From an uncultured delta proteobacterium (GTDB lineage Bacteria > Myxococcota > Myxococcia > Myxococcales > Anaeromyxobacteraceae): a DNA stretch of 64,000 nucleotides. Numbering within the stretch: position 1 is the first letter of the stretch; every line of letters starts with the position of its first letter. Made by a program: the position numbers and the translations under genes. Under the pieces are notes generated by a model that saw only the letters and a list, made by a program, of their open reading frames with translations, searched no databases and was not told where the DNA came from. Shown here in pieces: positions 10,187 to 21,373 of this stretch. The stretch covers positions 64,001 through 128,000 of the forward strand of contig CAWHDZ010000031.1 of NCBI GenBank assembly GCA_963828255.1, read 5' to 3'.

Positions 10187-11715
10187 TTTCCGGCCCTCCC
10201 CCGGCGCCGCGTGCGCCGCACCGGCTCGGCGCCCCGCACCGGCGAGGCCTTGCCGTCGAGGTCGCGCGACTCGGCCTGGGCCACCGCCGTGAAGAGGGCG
10301 CGGGCCTTGTTGACCGTCTCCTGGTACTCGGCAGCCGGCTTCGAGTCGTAGACCAGCCCGGCCCCGGCCTGCACCGAGATGCGCCGACCCGACTGCATGA
10401 GCGTGCGGATGGCGATGCACATCTCCATGTCGCCGCCCCGGTCGAAGTAGCCCACCGCGCCGGCGTACGGTCCGCGCCGGGCCGGCTCCAGCTCGTCGAT
10501 GATCTCCATGGCCCGCACCTTGGGCGAGCCGGAGACGGTGCCGGCCGGGAAGCCGGCCCGCAGCACGTCCACCGAGTCGAGCCCGGCGGCGAGCCGCCCC
10601 TTCACCTCGGAGACCAGGTGCATGACGTGCGAGTAGCGCTCCACCGTCTTCAGCTGCGTCACCCGCACCGAGCCGGTGGCGCTCACCCGCCCCACGTCGT
10701 TGCGCCCCAGGTCCACGAGCATGACGTGCTCGGCGTTCTCCTTGGGATCGGCGCGCAGCTCCTCCTCGAGCCGCCGGTCCTCCTCGGGGTCCTTCCCGCG
10801 CTTCCGCGTCCCGGCGATGGGTCGGAGCGTGACCTCGCCGTCCTCGAGCTTGATGAGGGTCTCGGGCGAGCTGCCCACCAGCGCCTGCGTCCCGTTCTGG
10901 AGGTAGAAGAGGTACGGCGACGGGTTCACCCGCCGCAGCGCCCGGTAGACCTCGAAGGGCGGCACCGAGACCTCGGCGTCGAAGCGCTGGGAGAGCACGA
11001 TCTGCTGGCAGTCGCCGGCCTTGACGTACTCCTGGGCGCGCCGAACGGCCCGCTCGAAGGCCTTCCGCTCCACCCGGGGGCGCAGCTCGGCGGCGTGGCG
11101 GTTCGGGGGAGTCCGGCGGTCCCGGAGCGGACGGGAGAGCGCCGCCATGGTCCCGCCGATGCGGGCCAGCGCGGCGTGGTAGAGGGCGCGCGGGTCGTCC
11201 CCCGCCTCGCAGCGGACCTCGGAGATGACGTGCAGCGAGTGGCGCAGGTTGTCGAAGGCGACCACCTGGTCGAAGTCCATGAAGAGGGCGTCGGGGAAGC
11301 CGAGCTCGTCCTCCCGGGCCACCGGGACCCGGGGCTCGAAGAGCTTCACGGCGTCGTAGGAGAGGAAGCCGACGAGGCCGCCCGAGAAGCGGGGGGTGCC
11401 GGGGATGCGAACCGCCTGGTGGCCGGAGAGCTCGCGCCGGATCCAGGCGATGGGGTCGGCCGGTTGCCCGAGCCGCCAGGACATCGAACTCCTGGGGCCG
11501 GCGCCGAGGAAGCTGAAGCGCCCGGAGCGCTCGCCCCCCTCCACCGACTCGAGCAGGAAGGCTTGCCGCTTCCCGCGGGAGAGCTTCAGGAACGCCGAGA
11601 CCGGGGTCTCGGTGTCGGCCTCGATCTCGACGCGCACGGGGATGGCGCGCCCGGGCTTGCACAGGCTCTCGAACGTCGCGAGGTCGGGGGAGGCGCGCAG
11701 GGAGTCAGCGCCAAA
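10183..11715 (-). CDS. trpE: Anthranilate synthase component I; start unresolved (see findings; first canonical in-frame start is GTG at 11637)
   Basis: ETPVSAFLKL, FLLESVEGGE, SSPE, RPIAGTR, EHVMLVDLGRND, FPAGTVSGSPK; TrpE-like sequence (PDLATFESL..IPV) continues upstream of 11637. Confidence 0.95.
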   Translation of the reverse strand, partial: FGADSLRASPDLATFESLCKPGRAIPVRVEIEADTETPVSAFLKLSRGKRQAFLLESVEGGERSGRFSFLGAGPRSSMSWRLGQPADPIAWIRRELSGHQAVRIPGTPRFSGGLVGFLSYDAVKLFEPRVPVAREDELGFPDALFMDFDQVVAFDNLRHSLHVISEVRCEAGDDPRALYHAALARIGGTMAALSRPLRDRRTPPNRHAAELRPRVERKAFERAVRRAQEYVKAGDCQQIVLSQRFDAEVSVPPFEVYRALRRVNPSPYLFYLQNGTQALVGSSPETLIKLEDGEVTLRPIAGTRKRGKDPEEDRRLEEELRADPKENAEHVMLVDLGRNDVGRVSATGSVRVTQLKTVERYSHVMHLVSEVKGRLAAGLDSVDVLRAGFPAGTVSGSPKVRAMEIIDELEPARRGPYAGAVGYFDRGGDMEMCIAIRTLMQSGRRISVQAGAGLVYDSKPAAEYQETVNKARALFTAVAQAESRDLDGKASPVRGAEPVRRTRRRGRAGK

Positions 11716-11728
11716 GAAACACCGTCAT
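11705..11728 (-). other. Mini-ORF MTVFLWR* containing a candidate +1 frameshift site (CTT TGG) into trpE
   Basis: ATG overlaps the panD stop (ATGA); GGTG-TTT-CTT-TGG parallels the prfB site; TTT at 11715-11713 is in the trpE frame (78 nt = 26 codons from 11637). Confidence 0.6.
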
Positions 11729-12120
11729 GCGACCACCCGCCTGGCCGGGCCGGCGATCTCGACCACGTCCCTGGCGACCACCTTGTTCTCCGCGTCCACC
11801 AGCACCACCTTGGGGACGTGGGTGCGGGCCTCCGCCTCCTCGTACTCGGCGAAGGTGGCGAGGATGACCATGTCGCCGGGGCGGTTCAGGTGGGCCGCGG
11901 CCCCGTTGATGCAGATGACGCCGCTGCCGCGCGCGCCCTTGATGGAGTAGGTCTGGAGCCGCGTCCCGCGGGTGATGTTCCACACGTGGACCGCCTCGAA
12001 CTCCAGGATCCCGGCTGCGTCGAGCAGGTCCTCGTCGATGGAGACCGAGCCCTCGTAGTCGAGGTCTGCCTGGGTCACCGTCGCGCGGTGTATCTTGGAC
12101 TTGAAGAGCGTGCGGCGCAT
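11725..12120 (-). CDS. panD: Aspartate 1-decarboxylase
   Basis: [14 protein letters not shown] self-cleavage site, G.R..TY, NGAAA motif. Confidence 0.97.
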   Translation of the reverse strand: MRRTLFKSKIHRATVTQADLDYEGSVSIDEDLLDAAGILEFEAVHVWNITRGTRLQTYSIKGARGSGVICINGAAAHLNRPGDMVILATFAEYEEAEARTHVPKVVLVDAENKVVARDVVEIAGPARRVVA

Positions 12121-12128
12121 GATCGGGT

Positions 12129-12157
12129 TTTCTACCCGGAGGGAGGCTTTCGATCAA
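12129..12157 (-). promoter_or_regulatory. Candidate sigma70 promoter for panD-trp (possibly leaderless)
   Basis: TTGATC (12157-12152), 17-nt spacer, TAGAAA (12134-12129), 8 nt before the panD ATG; no SD before panD. Confidence 0.4.
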
Positions 12158-12314
12158 GGCATCCGGTGAAAGGGAGGCGGGGCAGGACCCGATCGCGGCC
12201 CGGCGGCTGCGCATCCTGGCCGAGGCCCGCGCGCGCGGAGAGCCCTTCCTGCGCCTCGATCCGGCGCGCCTGCGCTTCCAGCTGGGGACCTCCCACGCCG
12301 ACCTGCGGGTCCCG

Positions 12315-14849
12315 GTGGCGCTCTCCCCCGACGCCGCCGCGCTGGTCCGAGGGGCCGTGGACCAGCTGGGGCTGCTCCTCAGCATCCAGCACGGCCGCTT
12401 CCTCCCGGCCGACGAGCTCGACCGGCTCTACCTCCGGGAGGACTACGCCTCCCTCCCGGCCGTCGTGGACCGGCTCGCCCCCACCACCGGCGGGCCCGAC
12501 CTCCGGGGCGCCGCCCGGCTGGCCCTGGCGGCCCACCCCGCCCTGCACGGCGGGCTCTTCACCGCCTGGATGGGGCCGGGGGGCCGGGGGCGGTCCCTGA
12601 CCGCGCTCTGGATCGGGGCGCTCCGGGGCGCCGGCGTGGAGATGGAGTCCTCGCCCCGGCAGGAGGAGACCCCCTTCCTGGTCGCGCTGGCCCTCTCCGG
12701 AGCGCTCCAGGCAGCCGCGGCAGGGCTGCGGGACGTCCTTCCCCGGGCCCCCCACGACCGCCACCTGCGAACCGCCGCCCTCACCGCCCTCTGGGTGTCG
12801 GCGCGCACGGCGGTGTCGCGGTTCGCACGGGACGGCGGGCTCCGGGACGACGACCCAATGCTCCTGCGCATCGAGGCCGTGGTGAACCCCGCCGCGCTGG
12901 CCGGTGGCCGCGGCGGCCTCTCCGGTGGGGGCTCCACCCTCTACGGTCCGGAGCTCCTGGCCGGGATTCCCCGGGCCGAGGAGCTGGGGACGGGGCTCAT
13001 CGCCGGGGGGGAGCCGGACGTCGTCATCGGGGCGGTGGCGTCCGCGCTGGCCGAGGACGAGGAGGCCTCCCGCAAGGCCGAGGGGGCGGTGGCGCTCTGG
13101 AGGCTCAGGAGCCTGCTCGTCGCGGCCGGCCTGGCCGCCGAGGAGGCCCGGAAGGGCGCCGCGGCCGCCGACCTCCGGTCCGTGCTGCTCGCACCGGGGG
13201 GGCTCTCGCAGGCCATCTCCGACGAGTCGGGGCGACACGACCTGGCCGGCCGCATCCAGGGGGCGCTCTCCGGCGCGGTGGCCGGGGACGGCGCCGGCGC
13301 GCTCGAGCAGGCGCTGCGCGCCCTGCGGGCCTGGAAGCCGCGCGAGCCGGCCACGGCGGTCGGGCTCCGGCCCGACGAGGCGCGGCAGATCTACGGACTC
13401 GCGGCGGCCGGCCTGCTCGCCGACCAGACGCTGGAGCGGCTCGCCCTGCCGGCCCGCCGGGCGCTGGTCCCGCCGTCCGGGGCCGGCACCCCCGACGCGG
13501 AGTGGGAGGCGGGGCGGCTCTACCGGATCTCGGCCCGCCCGGCCCCCATCCTGGTGGCGGCCCGGGAGCTGCCCATCGCCCACCTGTTCGCCGACGTGAA
13601 GGACTTCACCCGGCGTACGAGCCTGCTGGGGCCGGCGTCCATGGCCGAGTTCCTCCGGCGCGAGTTCTACCTGCCCATCCTGTCCGCCGCCAAGGCCCGC
13701 TTCACCGGCATGGAGCACCTGGCCGACCGGGGCGGCGTCTCGGTGAACAACCTGCTCGGCGACGCCATCTCCCTCTCCGGCGACATCGAGGCGCTGGTGT
13801 CGCTCGCCGCCGAGATCCGGCGTCTGCTCTCCGCCTACGAGGAGCGGCTCACCCGGGAGGTCTCCACCACCGCCGTGGCCGGGAGGGTGACGGCGCTCGA
13901 GGAGCGGTTCCGCGGAGAGATCGCGCGGGCCCAGGCCGCGCGGAGCGAGGCCCGGGCCGCCGCCGAGCGGGCCGCGCCGGGCAGCCCGGAGCGCAGCGAG
14001 TCGCTCCGTCGCGCGGCGCTGCACGCCGCCGCCGCGGCGCGGCTCACCGCCGAGATGGAGCGCGACGTGTCGCGCACCCGCGGGGAGGGGCTGGAGGCCG
14101 GGGTCTTCGTCTCCTTCGGTCCGGCGCCGCTGGTGGTGTCGATCGACGACGAGGCCTTCGGCCACAACCGCGTGGCCATCGCCGAGAAGATCAACGAGTC
14201 GGCCCGTGGGACGGCCCGCGCCTCGCCGGCCCGCGCCCGCTCCGACCAGCTCCTCGCCGCCGCTCGCCTGGCCCAGGGCAACCCCGGGCTGCGCCACGCC
14301 TGGAGCCTCTTCATCGGCCAGCCCCTCACGCTCTCCATCCCGCCCGACGCGGCCGCCGACGTCCTCCGGGCGGCCCGGGCCGGCGACATGACCGCCGCGA
14401 TGCGGGCGGTGGCGAAGCCCGTCCGGCGGGCGCTGGAGGCGGCGGCACGGGCCGAGGACGAGGGGTCGGGCGACGTCTACAACGCCGGCGCCGCGCTCTC
14501 CGAGGAGGCGCTCACGGCCTGGCTCGAGGCGGTGGGGACGAAGCGCACCGTGCGCCGCGTGGAGATCGATCCGGCCGAGATCCCCCAGGAGGTCACGCAG
14601 CGCTGGTGGTTCGGAGTGGGGCCCCAGAGCCTGGTGGTCACCTTCCAGGCCGACGGGCGCCCCGCCGAGATGTTCCGGCACGTGGGGCGGGCCTGGTTCA
14701 AGGGGCTCGGCGAGGTGCCGGTCTGGGAGCTCGCCGCCGACACCGGCGGCCCCGCGGCGCTCTTCCAGGCCATGGGCGGGTCCTGGAAAAACGGGCGGGA
14801 GGGGCAGCCGTCCCGCCCGGAGGCGGTCAGCCCTTCGGCGGGTTCTTGA
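12315..14849 (+). CDS. Large protein with a class III nucleotidyl-cyclase-like region; true start probably further upstream
   Basis: HLFADVKDFTRRT, NLLGDAI and IAEKINESAR resemble the FxDxxxFT, GD and vN.AaR cyclase motifs; strong coding bias extends upstream of 12315. Confidence 0.6.
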   Translation: MALSPDAAALVRGAVDQLGLLLSIQHGRFLPADELDRLYLREDYASLPAVVDRLAPTTGGPDLRGAARLALAAHPALHGGLFTAWMGPGGRGRSLTALWIGALRGAGVEMESSPRQEETPFLVALALSGALQAAAAGLRDVLPRAPHDRHLRTAALTALWVSARTAVSRFARDGGLRDDDPMLLRIEAVVNPAALAGGRGGLSGGGSTLYGPELLAGIPRAEELGTGLIAGGEPDVVIGAVASALAEDEEASRKAEGAVALWRLRSLLVAAGLAAEEARKGAAAADLRSVLLAPGGLSQAISDESGRHDLAGRIQGALSGAVAGDGAGALEQALRALRAWKPREPATAVGLRPDEARQIYGLAAAGLLADQTLERLALPARRALVPPSGAGTPDAEWEAGRLYRISARPAPILVAARELPIAHLFADVKDFTRRTSLLGPASMAEFLRREFYLPILSAAKARFTGMEHLADRGGVSVNNLLGDAISLSGDIEALVSLAAEIRRLLSAYEERLTREVSTTAVAGRVTALEERFRGEIARAQAARSEARAAAERAAPGSPERSESLRRAALHAAAAARLTAEMERDVSRTRGEGLEAGVFVSFGPAPLVVSIDDEAFGHNRVAIAEKINESARGTARASPARARSDQLLAAARLAQGNPGLRHAWSLFIGQPLTLSIPPDAAADVLRAARAGDMTAAMRAVAKPVRRALEAAARAEDEGSGDVYNAGAALSEEALTAWLEAVGTKRTVRRVEIDPAEIPQEVTQRWWFGVGPQSLVVTFQADGRPAEMFRHVGRAWFKGLGEVPVWELAADTGGPAALFQAMGGSWKNGREGQPSRPEAVSPSAGS

Positions 14850-16269
14850 GGTTGTCGGCGCAGATCCGCTCGTAGAACGATCCGTCCACCTTTGCGCCGG
14901 TCTTGCGAAGCTCGGCGGTCCGCGTGAGCTGCTCGTCCACCATCTTCTGGAAGACCTCGTAGGGCTGGGCCCCGACCACCTGGCGGCAGTTCACGTAGAG
15001 TGTGGGGGTGCCCTGGGGCGCCACCTGGGCGCCGAGCTTGGCGTCCTCCTCGACGCGGGCCCGCGTGGCCGGGGCTGCGCTCGACGCCTGGAACTTCGCC
15101 ATGTCGAGCCCGAGCTTCCTCGCCTGGACGCCGTACTGGTCGGGGGAGAGCTGCGCCTGGTTCTGGAAGAGCGCCTCGTGCATCTCCCAGAACTTGCCCT
15201 GCTCGCGCGCCGCCTCGGCCGCCAGCGCCGCCGGCATCGCCTGCGGGTGCATGGCGAGCGGCAGGTGCTTCCAGACCACGCGGACGTCGGCGGGGTAGGC
15301 CTTCAGCAGCTGGGTGAGCGACGGCTCCACGCGGCTGCAGTACGGGCACTGGAAGTCGGAGAAGACCACCACCGTCACCGGGGCGTTGCGGGGACCCTTC
15401 TGCGGGTCGTCGGGGCGGAGCTCGATCTTCTGGACCTGCGGCGGCGGGGGCGGGGGGGCGGCCTGGGCCGCCTGCTGCCCGGCCGCGACCGGGAGCATCA
15501 CCGGTGCGCTGGCCGCACCCTCCATGATGCGGGCGTAGACGTCCTTCGCCGCGACGCCCGACCTCACCAGGGCCTCGGCCCTGGCCAGCTCCTCGTCCAC
15601 GACGGACTTGAAGGTCTCGTAGGGCACCGCGCCCGGGATCTTGCGGCCGTTCACGAAGAAGGTGGGGGTGCCGTTGGCCCCCAGGCCGGTGACGAGCGCC
15701 TGGTCGCGCTTGATGCGGGACTCGTGCCGCTTGTCGTCGAGGGCCTTGCCGAAGGCTGCCATGTCGAGCCCGGCGGCCTTCGCCACGGCCTCGAGGGCCG
15801 GGCGGTCGAGCGCCGGGGCCGAATCGAAGAGCCGGTCGTGCATCTCCCAGAACTTGGACGGGCCGCCCTGGGCGCGCCCCTCCTCGGCGGCGATGGCGGC
15901 CGGGAGCGCCTTGGCGTGGAAGGGGAGCGGGTTGTGCTTGAAGACGAAGCGCACCTTGCCGCGGTAGGCCTCCTCGATCTGCTTCGTGGCCGGACCGACC
16001 CGCTTGCAGAAGGGGCACTCGAAGTCGGAGGACTCGACGATGGTCACGAGTGCGTCCGCGGGACCGCGGGCCGGCGAGTCGTCCACCGGGACCTTGTAGA
16101 CCGCCTTGGGGTCCTCCTGGGGACGCGGGGGAGGGCGCTGCTGGGGAGGCAGCTCGGAGGGGCGGGCCGCAACCGGGCCGACCCGCGGGCCTCCTCCCGC
16201 CATCCGGTCGCCGACCACGCCCAGGACGATCCCCACGACCAGTGCCAGGATCCAGCTCGTGTGCTTCAT
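14827..16269 (-). CDS. DsbA-family protein with two tandem thioredoxin domains
   Basis: N-terminal TM anchor; SDFECPFC and SDFQCPYC, each followed by a GTPT cis-Pro motif. Confidence 0.92.
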   Translation of the reverse strand: MKHTSWILALVVGIVLGVVGDRMAGGGPRVGPVAARPSELPPQQRPPPRPQEDPKAVYKVPVDDSPARGPADALVTIVESSDFECPFCKRVGPATKQIEEAYRGKVRFVFKHNPLPFHAKALPAAIAAEEGRAQGGPSKFWEMHDRLFDSAPALDRPALEAVAKAAGLDMAAFGKALDDKRHESRIKRDQALVTGLGANGTPTFFVNGRKIPGAVPYETFKSVVDEELARAEALVRSGVAAKDVYARIMEGAASAPVMLPVAAGQQAAQAAPPPPPPQVQKIELRPDDPQKGPRNAPVTVVVFSDFQCPYCSRVEPSLTQLLKAYPADVRVVWKHLPLAMHPQAMPAALAAEAAREQGKFWEMHEALFQNQAQLSPDQYGVQARKLGLDMAKFQASSAAPATRARVEEDAKLGAQVAPQGTPTLYVNCRQVVGAQPYEVFQKMVDEQLTRTAELRKTGAKVDGSFYERICADNLKNPPKG

Positions 16270-16314
16270 CTGTATCGCTCCTGCGTGTTCGGGGCCGCCG
16301 GACGCGGCCCGGGT

Positions 16315-16830
16315 CTAGAAACGGGCGAAGGCGCCGCCGCGCACGATGAGGGGCGTGCCCGCTCCGCTCGAGAGCGGGAAGCCGCTGTCGGCCTCCAGCA
16401 TGAATCCCAGGGAGTCGGTGATCCGGAGGGCGGCCCCTCCTCCCAGGAGCATCCAGCGCCAGGCCAGGTAGCCGACCTGCGTGGAGGCGTCGAAGGCGGC
16501 GCGCAGGTAGAACGGGGTCTCGGGGATGAACCACGCCAGGCCCGGGCGGATGGCGAAGGAGGCCGTCGGAGCCATTCCCAGCGCCATCGAGAGCTGGGGC
16601 GCGAGCCCGAAGAAGACCTCGTAGGCCACCCCGACCTCGAGCTCGAAGATACCGGGCGGGTCGTAGGCCGAGCCGGTGCCGAGCTGGCCGCCGCCGCCCA
16701 GGTCCACCGAGAAGACGAGCCCCACAGGACGCGACTCGGCGGGGGGGTCGGCGGGGCGGGCCAGGCCGGGCGCGGCGAGGAGCGCGGCGGCAAGCACGCC
16801 GAGGAAGGGTCGAGCCAGGGGGTTCACCAT
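16315..16830 (-). CDS. Exported protein, probable small outer-membrane beta-barrel
   Basis: Signal peptide (LAAALLAAPGLA), alternating beta-strand pattern, C-terminal Phe. Confidence 0.6.
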   Translation of the reverse strand: MVNPLARPFLGVLAAALLAAPGLARPADPPAESRPVGLVFSVDLGGGGQLGTGSAYDPPGIFELEVGVAYEVFFGLAPQLSMALGMAPTASFAIRPGLAWFIPETPFYLRAAFDASTQVGYLAWRWMLLGGGAALRITDSLGFMLEADSGFPLSSGAGTPLIVRGGAFARF

Positions 16831-16922
16831 CGGGGGCCGGAAGTTACCGCCGCCCCCTCCTTTGGGCAAGGAACGCGTAGGGCGGTTGCCCCCTTCCCCG
16901 GGCGGGGATAAACGGTGCGGCG

Positions 16923-17177
16923 ATGCACGCGCCGCCTCTGCCCGCTCCCGACCTCACCCTCGACACCTCGGGGCGGCTCTGCCCGTACCCCATCGTCGAG
17001 ATCGCGCGCGCCATGAAGGGGCTCTCCGCGGGCGCGGTGGTCTGCGTCCTCGCCACCGACCCCGGCATCGCCACCGACATGCCCATGTGGTGCCGGGCCA
17101 CCCGCAACGAGCACCTGGGGACCTTCCGCGAGGGGGCCTCCTTCCGGAGCTGGGTGCGGAAGCGGGGGGCGCCGTGA
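16923..17177 (+). CDS. TusA/SirA-family sulfur carrier
   Basis: LDTSGRLCPYP (CPxP) and LATDPG motifs; 84 aa. Confidence 0.9.
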   Translation: MHAPPLPAPDLTLDTSGRLCPYPIVEIARAMKGLSAGAVVCVLATDPGIATDMPMWCRATRNEHLGTFREGASFRSWVRKRGAP

Positions 17178-18226
17178 AGGCGCGCAAGGCCATCGGGATG
17201 ATCTCGGGCGGGCTCGACTCCACCCTCGCGCTGGCGCTCATGAAGCGGCAGGGCATCGAGGTGAAGGCCGTCAACTTCTACACCGGCCTCTGCATCACCG
17301 AGACCCAGCGGCGCAAGGGCGGACGCCCCGACGGCAGCATGCCGCAGAACGAGGCGCTGCGCGCCGCCGCCGACCTCGAGGTGGACATCGAGTACGTGGA
17401 CGTCTCCGACCAGGGCTATCTGGAACTGATCGTGAACCCGCGCTACGGGTACGGGGCCAACGCCAACCCCTGCGTGGACTGCCGCATCTTCATGATGCGC
17501 AAGGCCCGCGAGATCATGGAGCGGGAGGGGGCCTCCTTCGTCTTCACCGGCGAGGTGGTGGGGCAGCGTCCCAAGAGCCAGCGGCGCGACACGCTGCGGG
17601 CCGTGGAGAAGGAGAGCGGCCTCACCGGCCGCCTGGTGCGCCCGCTCTCGGCGCGGCTCCTCGAGCCCTCCATCCCGGAGCGGGAGGGCATCCTCGACCG
17701 CTCGCTCCTGCTCGACATCAGCGGGCGCTCCCGGCAGCGGCAGATCCGCCTGGCCCGCGAGCTGGGAATCGCCGAGTGGCCCCAGCCCGCCGGGGGCTGC
17801 TGCTACCTCACCGACGCGTCCTTCTCCCGGAAGTTCTTCGACGTCCTCGACTCCCGCGAGGCCGCCGGCGAGGAGCGGCGCATCCGCAGGGAGGACCTGG
17901 TGCTGCTCTCCACCGGGCGTCACCTGCGCCTTTCACCAACCGTGAAAGTCGTGGTGGGCCGGAGCGAGCTGGAGAACTCCGTCCTCGACTCCTACGGCGA
18001 GGGGCGGGCCCGGGTGGCGGCCCGGGACCTGAACGGGCCGGTGGCGCTCGTCGAGGGCGACCCGACCTGGGAGGAGCGGCAGCTCATCGCCCGGATCGTG
18101 GCCCGCTACGGCAAGGGGAGGCACCTCCCCGAGGTGGTGATCGACTGGGCCGAGGAGGGGGTCGTCGAGGCGCTCACGGTCGCGCCGGAGCAGGACGAGG
18201 CGCGCATCGAGTCGATGCGGATCTAG
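17174..18226 (+). CDS. PP-loop ATPase, ThiI/MnmA-like tRNA thiolase
   Basis: SGGLDS PP-loop; NPCVDC, TGEVVGQRPKSQ, PAGGCC; GTG start overlaps the TusA stop. Confidence 0.8.
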   Translation: MKARKAIGMISGGLDSTLALALMKRQGIEVKAVNFYTGLCITETQRRKGGRPDGSMPQNEALRAAADLEVDIEYVDVSDQGYLELIVNPRYGYGANANPCVDCRIFMMRKAREIMEREGASFVFTGEVVGQRPKSQRRDTLRAVEKESGLTGRLVRPLSARLLEPSIPEREGILDRSLLLDISGRSRQRQIRLARELGIAEWPQPAGGCCYLTDASFSRKFFDVLDSREAAGEERRIRREDLVLLSTGRHLRLSPTVKVVVGRSELENSVLDSYGEGRARVAARDLNGPVALVEGDPTWEERQLIARIVARYGKGRHLPEVVIDWAEEGVVEALTVAPEQDEARIESMRI

Positions 18227-18398
18227 TCCATTTTCCACCTTTACACGCTCAACCCCCCGGCGGCACGGGACTTTGACAAAAGAAAGTTCCCCGGATTGAT
18301 GGGGGACAAGCCCGCAGGCACCCCCGAATCGCTACCACTCCGGGTGCACTCGCCCTCAAGGGGCGGTGCGAGGCGTACGATCCCGACGGGGGTTCCCC

Positions 18399-21269
<2,871 letters not shown>

Positions 21270-21299
21270 GTCCACCGGGGAGCGCATCACGCACGGGCG

Positions 21300-21334
21300 G
21301 AGCGCTCCACACAGGGGCGCTCTGCTCCATTTTT
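21300..21334 (+). terminator. Possible intrinsic terminator after ppdK
   Basis: GAGCGCTCC-ACACA-GGGGCGCTC imperfect hairpin, with a T5 run a few nt later. Confidence 0.3.
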
Positions 21335-21373
21335 GACGCTGTCCCGTCCTTCGACGACAATGGCGATATCTCG

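Noticed and set aside
11640..11728. Classical trpL transcription attenuator
   Set aside because: The mini-ORF has a single Trp codon and no terminator hairpin with a U-tract follows; the downstream sequence is already TrpE-like coding sequence.
10183..11728. trpE as a frameshifted pseudogene
   Set aside because: The rest of trpE and the whole operon are intact, and the break falls on a prfB-like site with a Trp codon. An indel or sequencing error is not fully excluded without reads.
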